A DNA stretch of 64,000 nt from an uncultured Armatimonadia bacterium (GTDB taxonomy: Bacteria; Armatimonadota; Zipacnadia; CAVVLO01): positions 352,001 through 416,000 of the forward strand of contig CAVVLO010000003.1 in NCBI GenBank assembly GCA_963749155.1, in the 5' to 3' direction. Below the pieces are notes generated by a model. The model did no database searches. It saw nothing but the letters and a program-made list of their open reading frames with translations, and had not been told where the DNA came from. Below are positions 1 to 10,304 of this stretch, piece after piece. The position numbers and the translations under genes were made by a program. Positions within the stretch are counted from its first letter, which is position 1. Each line of letters begins with the position of its first letter.

Positions 1-1003
1 CGGGGTCTACCTCGAGCGCGCGGTCCCATTGCTCCTGGAAGTAGATGCCCTGCTCAGGCTTCTGCTGGGCAGGTGGCGGCTGCACTCCCTGGCTGTGGCT
101 GCGGCCCAGATTACTGGTCGGGTGCTGGGCTACCGCAACTGCGATCTGCTCAGGCGCCTCGGGCGACTCGTGCCAGCCATACTTCTGAGGGGTACTCTCG
201 AGCCAGGGCCACTTGTCCTTCCCATCGCCGAACCAGCCGTTGGGGTCGCTCCAGGCCCAGCTCTGGCGGAAGGTGAAGAAACTGGCCATCGGCTCCGGTA
301 CGTCCTGCGGGTTGGCCATTATCAGTGGCTTGCCCTTCCACATAAACCAGAGGTCAGGATAGAGATTCTGGCTGTAGAACTCCTCGTAAAGCTTCTGCAC
401 GACCGCTGGATGGTTGGAATTCGCCAGGAAAGCGATCTGGGGGGTCTTCTCCCCTACCGCCCGCAGCTCTGTGTAGACGCGGCAGATAGCCATATAGACG
501 CCCGTGTAAGTCAGGCCATTGGTTACGTCCATCACAATGACGTCCACGCCGGCATCCGAAAGCAGTTGGGCGTTTTTGCGGATGACCCAGGGATCGTCAG
601 CGACATAATAACCCCAAAGCGGCTCGGTCCAATAGTGGAAAGCCCCATGCGGGCCCCATTGGGGATTATCGGGGTTCTCGGCCAGCAGCTTTGTGATGTC
701 GTAGGGGCTCTTGTAGTCGCCCGGAGGCTTCGGCACCACGCCCTGGTCGGGCTGCATAGGGGCGCCCGCGTCATAGCCGTGGGGCCCCTGCCAGGTGAAG
801 TAGAAAATGCCCACGAACTTGTCGTCCTTGGGCGCGCCGACCTCATCAGCGGTTGGAGTCGTGCGTCCAAGCGCATCGGTAGCTACCCAGGTGTCAGCCT
901 GGACGTCCCAATCGGGTGCAGAATCGTTCTGTGCCACAGCGCATCCACTCCCCATTAGCAGCAGCGCCAGTCCCAGCCAGCGCAGTTGAAATAGCTTCTT
1001 CAC
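1..1003 (-). CDS. Secreted GH99/GH71-like glycoside hydrolase (N-terminal part; runs off the window edge)
   Basis: Not in the ORF track, consistent with no stop inside the window. GTG at 1003 after GGAGG. Manual translation gives a signal peptide then WDVQADTWVATDALGR...KFVGIFYFTW...GYYVADDPWVIRKNAQLLSDAGVD...WFMWKGKPLI. Clear paralog of 58365. Confidence 0.8.
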   Translation of the reverse strand, partial: MKKLFQLRWLGLALLLMGSGCAVAQNDSAPDWDVQADTWVATDALGRTTPTADEVGAPKDDKFVGIFYFTWQGPHGYDAGAPMQPDQGVVPKPPGDYKSPYDITKLLAENPDNPQWGPHGAFHYWTEPLWGYYVADDPWVIRKNAQLLSDAGVDVIVMDVTNGLTYTGVYMAICRVYTELRAVGEKTPQIAFLANSNHPAVVQKLYEEFYSQNLYPDLWFMWKGKPLIMANPQDVPEPMASFFTFRQSWAWSDPNGWFGDGKDKWPWLESTPQKYGWHESPEAPEQIAVAVAQHPTSNLGRSHSQGVQPPPAQQKPEQGIYFQEQWDRALEVDP

Positions 1004-1019
1004 GAGTGCCTCCTTCGAA

Positions 1020-3061
1020 TCAATCGAGCAGTGCGGCCTGCATACGCAGTGTCTCGGCGCGTTTCAGAATCACTTCGGCCAGCTTATGAGAGTTGGTCTC
1101 CAGCCGCGCCAGGGAGCCTGGGCTGAAGAGCTTTACCCATTCGGCCGGGACGTTACCGGCGCCGGAAAGGGTACCCGCGAACATCGCCGCGCGCCCGCAG
1201 GTGGTGTCCGCATCACGGCCGATATTGGCCCCGCCGATTGCTGCCTGCCTGACATCGCCCTTCGAGATAAGCAACATCGCAAGCGACAGGCCAAACAGCT
1301 CGAGCGGGTCAATGTGATGGTACATTAGACACTTCTCGTACAGCTCTGGTCGCGCCGCCAGGGGGTCATCGTAGCGAACGGCGATGTTCAAAACACTCTT
1401 CCAGATAATCGTAGGCGCTGTTGAAGCGGGTCTTGTAGAAGACTTGCAGCGGCTCTTTGGGTGCAAAACGCAATATGGTGTTGCAGACGTCCGCAACAGT
1501 CGCGCCAGGCTGCATCGCCCTGGCAACACCTGCCGCAAGGAGCGAGGCGGCCAGGTTGTCGAGGCCTCTCTGGTACATATACGAGATGCACCTGGCTTCG
1601 TAGAAAGCCGCTTCCGGGTCACCTGCGTTGAAGAGGCCGACAGGCTCCATACACATCACGGTAGAGCCGGTCACCTGTGTCCAGTGGCCAGTGATACGCG
1701 GATCCCAGCCAGCCTTGATAAGGTCGTAGCAGTGGCCCATACAGTTGACGAAGAAATGGTCTCGGTTGAGTCTGTCGCGCCAGGTCTTGCCGAAGTCGCG
1801 AGCCATTATTGGACGGTCACAATCGATATAGGTCTCCACCAGGTGCATGGCCATCTGGTTGTCGTCTTCGGACTCCAGCCGTGAGGGGTCGAGGATACCC
1901 TGGATACCACCAGGATACTTCTCATCCACTTCCCACCAGAAGGCGCCCTCGACAGGAGAGCCCATCGCATTGCCAATCGCACCCGCCAAAAGGCAGCCGT
2001 AGACCTTGTCGAAGAGCAGCGTCTCGCCTTCGGGGAGGAGTTCTTCAAGTTCGGTCACAGTCTCGGTGACGATTCCAGCTCCCTGCAACCGCGCGCGAGC
2101 AACTGTCTCAAGAGGCATCCACCCGGCGGCCAGCGGTTCGCCCCACTCTCGCCACTCGGCAGGTAACCCTTCAAGGCCATGCAGCGCGCCAAGGGCGGCG
2201 CCCGCGATGACGGCGCTAACCTCACAGGTGCTCTGAGGCGGCCCGGTCAGGACGCCCATCAGTTCAGTTGGAGAGTCGCCATACAGCCACATCACAGGCA
2301 GCAGCTGGCCGATGGGATCAGGATCCCAATAGCCTTTCAGGGCCGGATTACCGAGGGTCGCGCCATTAGCGAGCCAGCGCGCCAGGAAGCCGCCCTCATC
2401 GTTCACCGCGCCCCACTTGAAGGGGGTGTCCAGCTCGTAGAAAAGGTCGCCGCAGAACTCTCGCGCAAGCTCGAGGACGGTCTTCACCATCCCTTTGGGG
2501 GTAGCGCCAGGCACGAAGGCAGCCGCGATAAGGGCGGCCGAGAGGCCCGCCCAGTCAGCGCCGAGGCGCGGGGCGGTCGTGGAAGCGATTTCCACCCCGT
2601 CGAGATACGCCAGGCACCGGGTCCCCCGCATGGAAAAGTCCAATAGCGGGCATCGCAGCGGTGATATGACCCGAGGGCACGTTGCCGTGACCGACCAGGC
2701 GCGGATTCATCCCCTCGGCGAGCAGTTCCTGGCTGGTATGGAGCATATCCCAGGCAAAGACCGGGCTGGCGACGCCTTCATCGGTTGCGAACACGCGCCC
2801 GAAGTCCTCGGGGGTAAGCCTGCCGTTCGAGGCCAGGCAGGCTGTGATGGCAACGTCGATGAGGGGAGTCATCGGAGCGGACCACTGGCGGTTCGCTTCG
2901 GGCTTCCAGTCGAAGTTGGGCTTCAACTGAAGGCGCTTCATATCTGCTGGAGCCGTGATGTTATACTGCGGCCCCCCAAGAGTGCGGGCAAAACCGAGCT
3001 GCGCGCCAATGGCAGCGCCCACGAGCGCGCCTTTGGCTCTGTCAGAGAAGTCTTTTACCAA
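1020..3061 (-). CDS. Tandem two-domain ADP-ribosylglycohydrolase (DraG/ARH family); 2 frameshifts
   Basis: Joined ORFs 2555..3112, 1366..2643 and 1020..1622 (shifts ~2615 and ~1390). Motifs GALVGAAIG, GCLLAGAIGNAMGSPVEG, SEDDNQM, GRDADTT. TTG start with GGAGG overlaps the upstream stop. Confidence 0.8.
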
Positions 3062-6000
3062 GTTATTTCGTACCTCCCGGCGCCGGCGATCCCGGCTGTA
3101 AAGGTGAGCCAATCCTGGCTTATTTCGAATTGGACCGGCCCAAGGTCGGCTTGATCGCCTGCGGCAAGCGCCCGCAGCTTCACACTGGCAGGGGCAGGCT
3201 CTCCAGCCAGCTCTGCCAGGTTGAGTCGTATGGTGAAGGCTTTCTCGCGCGGGTAAGGGAAGAGGACCAGCTTGCGGTCGCTCTTGCTCAGCTTGAAGGA
3301 GCCATCGGTCGCGACTTTGCCGAAGTCAACCAAGGTGCCTGCGGGGTTGAGCCCCTCGGTGAAGTCAAGAGTAGCTTTGCCAAGGGCCGCCTTTGCCTCG
3401 AGCGCTGGATCCAGTTGGATATCGGTGATCTGGCCGGCTTCGCGCGTCACCAGCAGGTTGCCCAGCAGCACGCGCCCGCCTGGCAGCACGGGACCTGAGA
3501 GGTTGAGGCGTTCGCCAGAATGCAGGCCGATAACAAACTCGTAGCTGGTATTGGTATCTGCCTCAGGCGCCTCGATGATATACGGCCCGTCCTGGATTAT
3601 ATCGCCTGGCTTCCACTGGCTGGTAGGCACAGGCGGGTCATGGTCCTGCTGGAAGATAATGGTTTCGCGCGCCTCTTTGCGGTCTGACAGGAAGTGCACG
3701 AAACTGTGAAAGTCACGCGGAATCGTATCGTTCACGCGCCATTCATAAACGACCTGGAAGCGGTTGCCCCCCAGATACTGGAAATCCGCGAGCACCGGCT
3801 CGATTTGCTTCGGCGGATGGGCGTAGGGCATATCGAAAGAGGTCCTGGCGTCCGCGAACAGGAAATCGGGGCACTCGGAATAATCAGCCAGCACGCTGCC
3901 ATGCAGGCCCGAGAAGACCTCCGTGCCAGGCCCGAGGGCCAGGATACCCCCACTGGGGCAAGGCGCGCCCTTCGACTTGCCAGGACTCCTGGTTCCAGTT
4001 GACCCAGAGGATAAGCCCACTGTCGTAAGTGATACGCTGGCGGCTGGTGTCGCCGAGGGCCAGGGCGATCTCAATCGGCACCAGTTGGCCCTGCACTTCA
4101 TAGCTGATATCGGTGACTTTGGCCGTCCCATAGAGCCGCTGGGCAGGATGCATCATATGATGCTCTTTGGCGACCCATTGCACATCATCGGTCACCTGGC
4201 TGCCGACGAAGCCAGCGTGGCCATAAGCCAGCTCCTGGGCGCGGTATTTGTCCACCTGGCGCGGGGTGCCCACATTGAAGCCCCACTGGCTGGAATAGCC
4301 CTGGCTGAACCAGCGCTCGTAATAGCCCATCCCGTGGTTGACCATCTGGGGATGTACCTTGAGCAAATCAAAGTCCAGCAGCGGATTATGATGCTCTCCC
4401 CCGTTCACCTGAGCCTCGGTGCCGTCCACAACCCCTGCCCAATAGGCGTGCTGGTTGCCCTCGCCGAACAGCGGCCCCTGGTGAGTGTCGCGTTCATACT
4501 GGAAGAGCTCCGAGTCGCGCAGCACCTTGAGCTGACACATCGCAGCCATCGGCTGGGAAGCCTCGTGATCAAGCTGATGCCAGGGGGGCACGCAACTGTG
4601 GACATCGAGATAGGCGGCAGTAGTCTTGTAGGTGTCGTGGATATAGGGAGAGTTCTCCATCGCGTAGCCAAGCGCGCGATTACACTTCAGCCCAAAGCTT
4701 TGGCACCTGGGTGCCCTCGTTGAACCAGGCGAGTGAGTTGGAACCATCTTCTCGCAGCACAATTGCGCTCGGATCATAGGAGGGCGCATCGGGATAGAGG
4801 TCTATGTAGTTCTCGTGCAGAGAATTCAGATAGCCCACTTCGAGCGCGGCGTTGCCGTATTCGATCATCGCCTCTTCAGGCCCGAACTGCGGATCGGCAG
4901 GGATGTGATCCGGCAGTTTTACGTCGTAGCCATAACGCTGCCAGACGTGATTTATGATCACGGCGTGGTCTACGCCATTGTCTTTGAGGTCGCGCAGATT
5001 GGCCGCATCGCCAATGTAGGTGCCCTCGTGGTGCTTCCAGATATCCAGCATGATGCAGGGGCCGAGGGTAGCAAGATAGGTCGAAGGCTGCCAGGGGATA
5101 TTGGGCAGCACCTCGGCAAGCCGGGGCGAAACAGCGATGTAGCCTTCCTCGTGCAGGGGATTGCGGTTGCCCTCGGTCGTCTTGTCATAGTAGGCAATAT
5201 CTTGCGGACAGTGGGAGGAGCTAGTCTTCGTCCAGTCCAGATAACGGCAGGCAAAGGCTGACTCCGAGAGCAGCATATCCACTTTGCCAATCGGCATATA
5301 AGGCACATAGAACTGCCTGCGCATCCCAATCCCGGCGGTATTGCCCAGGCCAAAGGCGCGGATACGGGCATCTTCGGTGTCGGCAACAACAGTCAGGGCT
5401 TTGCCCTCGATGCCGAAAGTCCAGGTTAGCTCGAGGGGAGTTGCCCCGCACTTGTATTCCCAGACTGCGACCAGTTTTTCACCCTCAGGAGCGGCCTGAC
5501 AGGATATGAGTCTGGCATCGGAGGCCGCCTCGAAAGTGTCGGGCTTATCCGGGTCAGGGGCAAAGAGCAACTGGGCGCCCGCCATAGGGCGGAAGGTCGC
5601 GCCTTCGCCCAGGCGACATGTGAAGTCCTCCAGCCGACCTGTAGTTGGCACGTAGGTATAGACGAGGTTGCAATCGGCGCCCTGGTAGGCGAACTCCCAG
5701 GTCTCGCCCACCTGCCTTAGGGTGCTTGTATGCTCAAGCAAGTTGCCTGGAAAGATGCTGCCTGGCCGATTTGCGCAGGGCACCAGGCTCGCGTTGCGGG
5801 TAGCTTGAAGGGCCTTGCTATCCATAAGCTGAGCCAGCAGCGCTGCCTCGCCGGTTTTCTCGGAGCCTATCGTCAGCTTCGGAGTGCCAAAATAGGAATA
5901 GTCCCAGCTCGCATTGTTATCCGGCCCAGGCTCAACCTGCAGGCGCAGGCCAATCGTGCGCCCAGCATAATCGGACAGGTCGAAGGAGTAGTCTTTCCAC

Positions 6001-6461
6001 TCGGCCTCGACCTGGTGATAACGCATCAGCTCCTGCTCTGTGCCCTCTGCGACCAGATATGCGCTGAAGGTAACGCCATCGCTGCGGTCTGGCACGGCGA
6101 CATCGGCCCTCATTGCGATGCCGAAGCTGAGAGCAATCGGCGTCACGTCCGGCAGGCTCACGGTGTATTCGACGAACATCCGGCCCGGTGGGACATGCCA
6201 CGGAGAGTGCAGAAGCAGGCTCTGGCGCCCCTGCACATAGTCCGAGGGCACATACGAGATGCCTGTCTCGGTCTCGAAATGGCCCGTCCAGTCGGGTGGC
6301 ATCAGCACAGTCTGCTGACCATATGACTGATAGCCGACCGTATACTGGCCGATATCACCTAGAAACACTTCGCCTGGCGGCAGAGGGACAGGCGCAGAGA
6401 GCGCCGCTGAGGCGAAGAGGAGAATCAGCAGGCAAAGCGCGAGTGGGGCACTAGCTGACAT
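3055..6461 (-). CDS. Large secreted glycoside hydrolase, DUF5696/GH129/GH101-like; 2 frameshifts
   Basis: Joined ORFs 4680..6515, 3884..4789 and 3055..4131. Signal peptide MSASAPLALCLLILLFASAALSA after AGGAGG. TIM-barrel-like motif WQRYGYDVKLPDH...GYLNSLHENYIDLYPD. Confidence 0.6.
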
Positions 6462-6502
6462 AAGAGCTTCCTCCTGGGGCAGCAGTAGCTGGCCGAAGCC
6501 AA

Positions 6503-6529
6503 ATTGGACATACAAGCTGCCTTTCCTGC
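6503..6529 (-). promoter_or_regulatory. SigmaH-like promoter motif variant GCAGGA-N17-CAAT
   Basis: Matches the motif recurring in many intergenic regions; about 40 bp upstream of the 6461 start. Confidence 0.4.
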
Positions 6530-6533
6530 CGCC

Positions 6534-9500
6534 TCAGGTGTCAAGCAAGCGCGAAAGCCTCAGGCAGAGAGCAGGCTCAAGCTCCTTGAGCTGATGGTCT
6601 TCAAGCAGCTGGAAAGCTTGCGAAGCGAGCTGGAAGGCCGCTTCTCTTTCGCCAAGTGCCTCGGCTACCTCCGCCTGGCCTGTAAGGGCGAGGGTTTGCT
6701 CTTCTATATAACCGTTGGCCAGCGCAAGCTGGAGAGCCTCGGAGAGAGGCGGAAGGGCCTCCGAAAAACGCTGCCAGCCGATGAGAAGCGAAGCCTGATG
6801 GAGCAGCGCAAGGGCGATGCCCCGGGCGTTATGCGCTTCTCGAGCCAGGGCGAGTTGCTGTTCGTGCAATAGCCAGGCTTCCTCGGGTTGCCCCAGGCGC
6901 GCCAGCACTTCGCCGCGGTTGCCAAGCGAGCGTACCAGACCCCGCTTGTTGCCGAGTCGTCGGCAGAGGGCTTCTTCCTCTTCGTGGAGGGCAAGCGCCT
7001 CTTCCAGCAGGCCAATTTTCGCCAAAGCCATCGCTCTGGTGCCGAGGGCCATCCGAAGGCCCTCCAGGTGACCGAGCCGGCGGCAAAGCTCCTCCTGCTC
7101 GCCTAGCAAAAAGAGCGCGGCATCTTCCTGCCCTAGTTGCAGAAGCACCAGGGCCTGTTCATGCAAGGCCGATTGCAGCTCTGCCGGGCCGCCAAGCTTC
7201 CGGGCGAGGGCTTCTTCTCTTTCGAGCAAGGCAAGCGCCTCGCGCAGTCTGCCCTGCCTGGAGAGCAGCCTTGCCTGGTCGCCAAAGCAGGCGAGCAATC
7301 CCCGCTCATCGGCCAGTTGCTCGCACAGGGACTGCTGGCGCTGAAGGAGCTGCCAGGCAGAAGCCACATCGCCCCTGGTATAGTGCAGCAAAGCTTCATG
7401 GCCAAGCGTGGCCTCGAGTTCGGGCAGGCGTTTGGCGCGTCTCGAAACGTTGTTCCAGTTCGGCGAGCAGGGCAAGTGCCTCATCTGGATGGCCGAAGTC
7501 ATCGAGGAGATGGGCCGCAGCGTGCAGCACGCCTTCTGCAAGAGCTTGCCTGTTATCAAGGAGAGGGGCAAGTGAGGCAACCAGGTCGCCCTCTCCAGAG
7601 GCTTCAAGGCGAGCCCAATAGCCTTTGAGCTCGAATTCGTCCCTTGCCCAGGTCGCTTCGAGGATATCCGGCTGTGCGAGCAGGCGCGCGAGTCGTTTGC
7701 CCTGTCCGGCGCGATCGAGTTGCCAGGGCAGTTCCTCTACCTGTCTGTCGTCCAGAGGGCGCGCCTCGAACCAGTCGGCCAGTGAGAGTCGCCACCCAAG
7801 GCCAGCGTCTATTGCCCAATAACGCTGTTCGACGGCGGTTTTGAGCGCGCGATGATAGTAGTCTACCTGTCGGCCTCGTCTCAGTAGCCAGGGGCGAAGC
7901 TGACGCAGGATGACCTGGAGTTCGCCCCGGTCGTCTTGCTGAGCGGTCAGCGAGGCAAGCTCCATCTCGGAAAGACCCGCGCGCGAAGCGGCCAGCAGGC
8001 AGGTCAGCGCCTCCACCAGGGGGGCTCGGAAGTCAAGCTCCAGTCGCTCCAGCACCTGCCCGAACAACCCAGTGACATCAGAGGCCTCGGCGAAGCGATG
8101 GAGGCGCGATTCCAGTTGCTCGAAGGAACCAAAACCACGCAGCTCTTCGAGCGCAACCTGCAGGTAGAGTGGATTGCGCGCGCCAGTATTCGCAAGCAGC
8201 AACGCTTTCTGTCCTTCTTCCAGCGTCTTGGCCGAGAGAGAAGGCAATTCCGCAAGCAGGATTGCTGCCTCTGGCTGGGCAAGTGGGGCAAGCTCGAGCA
8301 CTTCCGCGCCTCTTTTCCTTGCCTCTTCGACAAGAGGGCCCGAGGTACAACTCGCCAGGAGCTTCACGTTGGGAGGCAGCACTTCTGGAAGCCACGGCAA
8401 TCCCAGTTCGAGGTCCCTCTGGTCGAGTTGATCGAGGCCATCGATAATCAGCAGCACTTTTTCGCTCTCGGCCACCAGTCCAAGCGCAGTGCGGAAGGCT
8501 TCCGGCAGGCGCGCGGGGTCTTCAGGCACTTCCATTGGAAGACCGAGAACCTCAACCAGTTCTTGCGTGAGGCGCGCAAGCAATCTCGGCAGGCTGGTAG
8601 ATGCCGCGCTGGCGCCAACAAAATGGGGCACAACGAAAAAGTCAGGCTTATACGCAGCCCAGTCTACATAATGGCGAGCGAGAAGGGCCGACTTGCCAAC
8701 GCCAGCTTCGCCCGTGACAAGCAGAGGCTGAGCGGCCTCGCTGGCGCAAAAGGCAGCAAGTTGCGCAAGCGGCTCCTCCCTCCCCACAAAGACACGCAAG
8801 AGGGCCTCCGCAAAGAGTGAATGAGCGGCGAGTTCACCCGCAAGGGGCAGTTCTGTAATCTCGCCAGTCGTCCCTGCTACCTCGGGGTACCGTGCCGAAA
8901 TGGCCGACCAGAGGTCGTTTTCGACCCTTGTGCCGAATTCTTCGAGGCCGGACAATAACAGTGAGCCATGTTCGAGGAGAGGACTTCGGAGGGCGGCGGG
9001 CAGGGCCTGCCATTCTGCGGGAGAGATAGTCCCATCGCGCGCAAAGGCTTCAAGCCCCTCCAGTTGCGGAGTTGAAAGCAAAGGAGCCACGAGGCGCCAG
9101 TCGAGTTTGAAACCCGCCCAATGGGCTGTATAGCCCTCCATCAGAGGGAAGCCTGACTCGCGCAACCGCTCCTTAAGAACGGCAAGCTTGGCGCGCGCGG
9201 CTGGCTCCTCATCTCTCAGGAGGGGAAGCGCCTCCGCAGGCACCTCGTCCAGCAAGGCCGGATCACGCAGGTAGAAGAAGCTTTGCCCCTTCATTGGGGG
9301 ATTGAGCAGCACGCCATAGACTATCTCGAGCGCCGTAATCGAGCTGCCAGAATAGTCTTGCACCCAGGAATACCGCTGCAGTGTTTCGGGATTTACCCGG
9401 TTCGGCAACCAGCCATAACGCTCACCCAGCAGGCCCAGGAAGTAGGGACGCGTATCACTGGCCTCGGGACGGCAGCGGTCTATCTCGGCAAGGCAAAGCT

Positions 9501-9693
9501 CCAGGACTTCATCTTTCTCGGCTTGCTGACGAGTAACACCCCACCGCAGGTCAATATCGGTGAAGTAGATACGATGAGCAGCGAGACGCTCGCGCAACTT
9601 GGGAAAGACAACCTTCACCAGCCAGTCACGTTCCGCGTGCATATCGCGGAACGTTGAGCTGATGAAAACGCGCACCTCTCGCCAACGCGCCAT
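6534..9693 (-). CDS. STAND NTPase: DUF4062 (TIR/NDT-like) + NACHT + TPR repeats; 1 frameshift
   Basis: VRVFISSTFRDMHAERDWL...DLRWGV...LGERYGW...SITALE (DUF4062). Walker A GEAGVGKS, Walker B LLIIDGLD. C-terminal ~40-aa TPR repeats (EEALALHEEEEALCRRLGNKRGLVRSLGNRG) in ORF 6534..7607, joined at ~7440. Confidence 0.85.
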
Positions 9694-9716
9694 CGGCGCC
9701 TCCTCGATGTGAGAGG

Positions 9717-10304
9717 TTAGCCTTCCGGCAGGTTGTGGATTACCAGGGCGCCCTGCTCGGGCCCGAGGCTGGTGGGAGTGCTGGTGCCAGGGATGCGGTT
9801 GCCAGCCTTTATGTGGAGCACTGGTTTACCGGCAGCAAGGGCTTTGGCGACGATCTCGCCAGTGCCTCCCTGCCCCTGAGCGCCCTGGCCATCCCAAATC
9901 GCCACCAGCACGTCCGAGTGTTCGAGGACATACTCGCCCGCCCTCGCATAACCTTCGTTGCGTTCAGCCGCCTCGGGCATCACGACGACCTCGCGGGCGT
10001 GTTCGAGTAGCCTGTCAAACTCGGCCAGGGATTCAGGAGTCTCGAAATCCTGCTCGTATTCCATCTGATCGAAGGGCAAGACGGCTACAAGGCCGCCCCC
10101 AGGGCGATCAATTACCGCCTCGGCGACCAGCCTGTCGGCGCCTTCGGCCAGGGAGGAAAGACAAACAAGTTCGCTGCCCCGGAAGGTGTCTTCCAGCAGG
10201 TCGAGCGCGCGTTCGAGACTGGCCAGCAGTCTGGGCAATTCGGCCAGGAACCGATGGCCGGTGATACCGACATACAAGGATCCAGTAACTTGTTGCATCG
10301 TCAC
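9717..10304 (-). CDS. Stand-alone SLOG (SMF/DprA-LOG superfamily) nucleotide-binding protein
   Basis: VGITGHR...SSLAEGADRLVA...AVLPF...Y..DF...DVLVAIWDG...GGTGEIV, the pattern of SLOG domains often fused to SLATT effectors. Start overlaps the upstream stop (GTGA). Confidence 0.75.
   Translation of the reverse strand: MTMQQVTGSLYVGITGHRFLAELPRLLASLERALDLLEDTFRGSELVCLSSLAEGADRLVAEAVIDRPGGGLVAVLPFDQMEYEQDFETPESLAEFDRLLEHAREVVVMPEAAERNEGYARAGEYVLEHSDVLVAIWDGQGAQGQGGTGEIVAKALAAGKPVLHIKAGNRIPGTSTPTSLGPEQGALVIHNLPEG

Noticed and set aside
29..958. 309-aa plus-strand ORF
   Set aside because: Antisense shadow of the GH99-like gene on the minus strand.
1020..3061. ARH as part of the RyR/SLOG system
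   Set aside because: It is separated by a glycosidase gene with its own promoter motif and is coupled to sugar genes instead.
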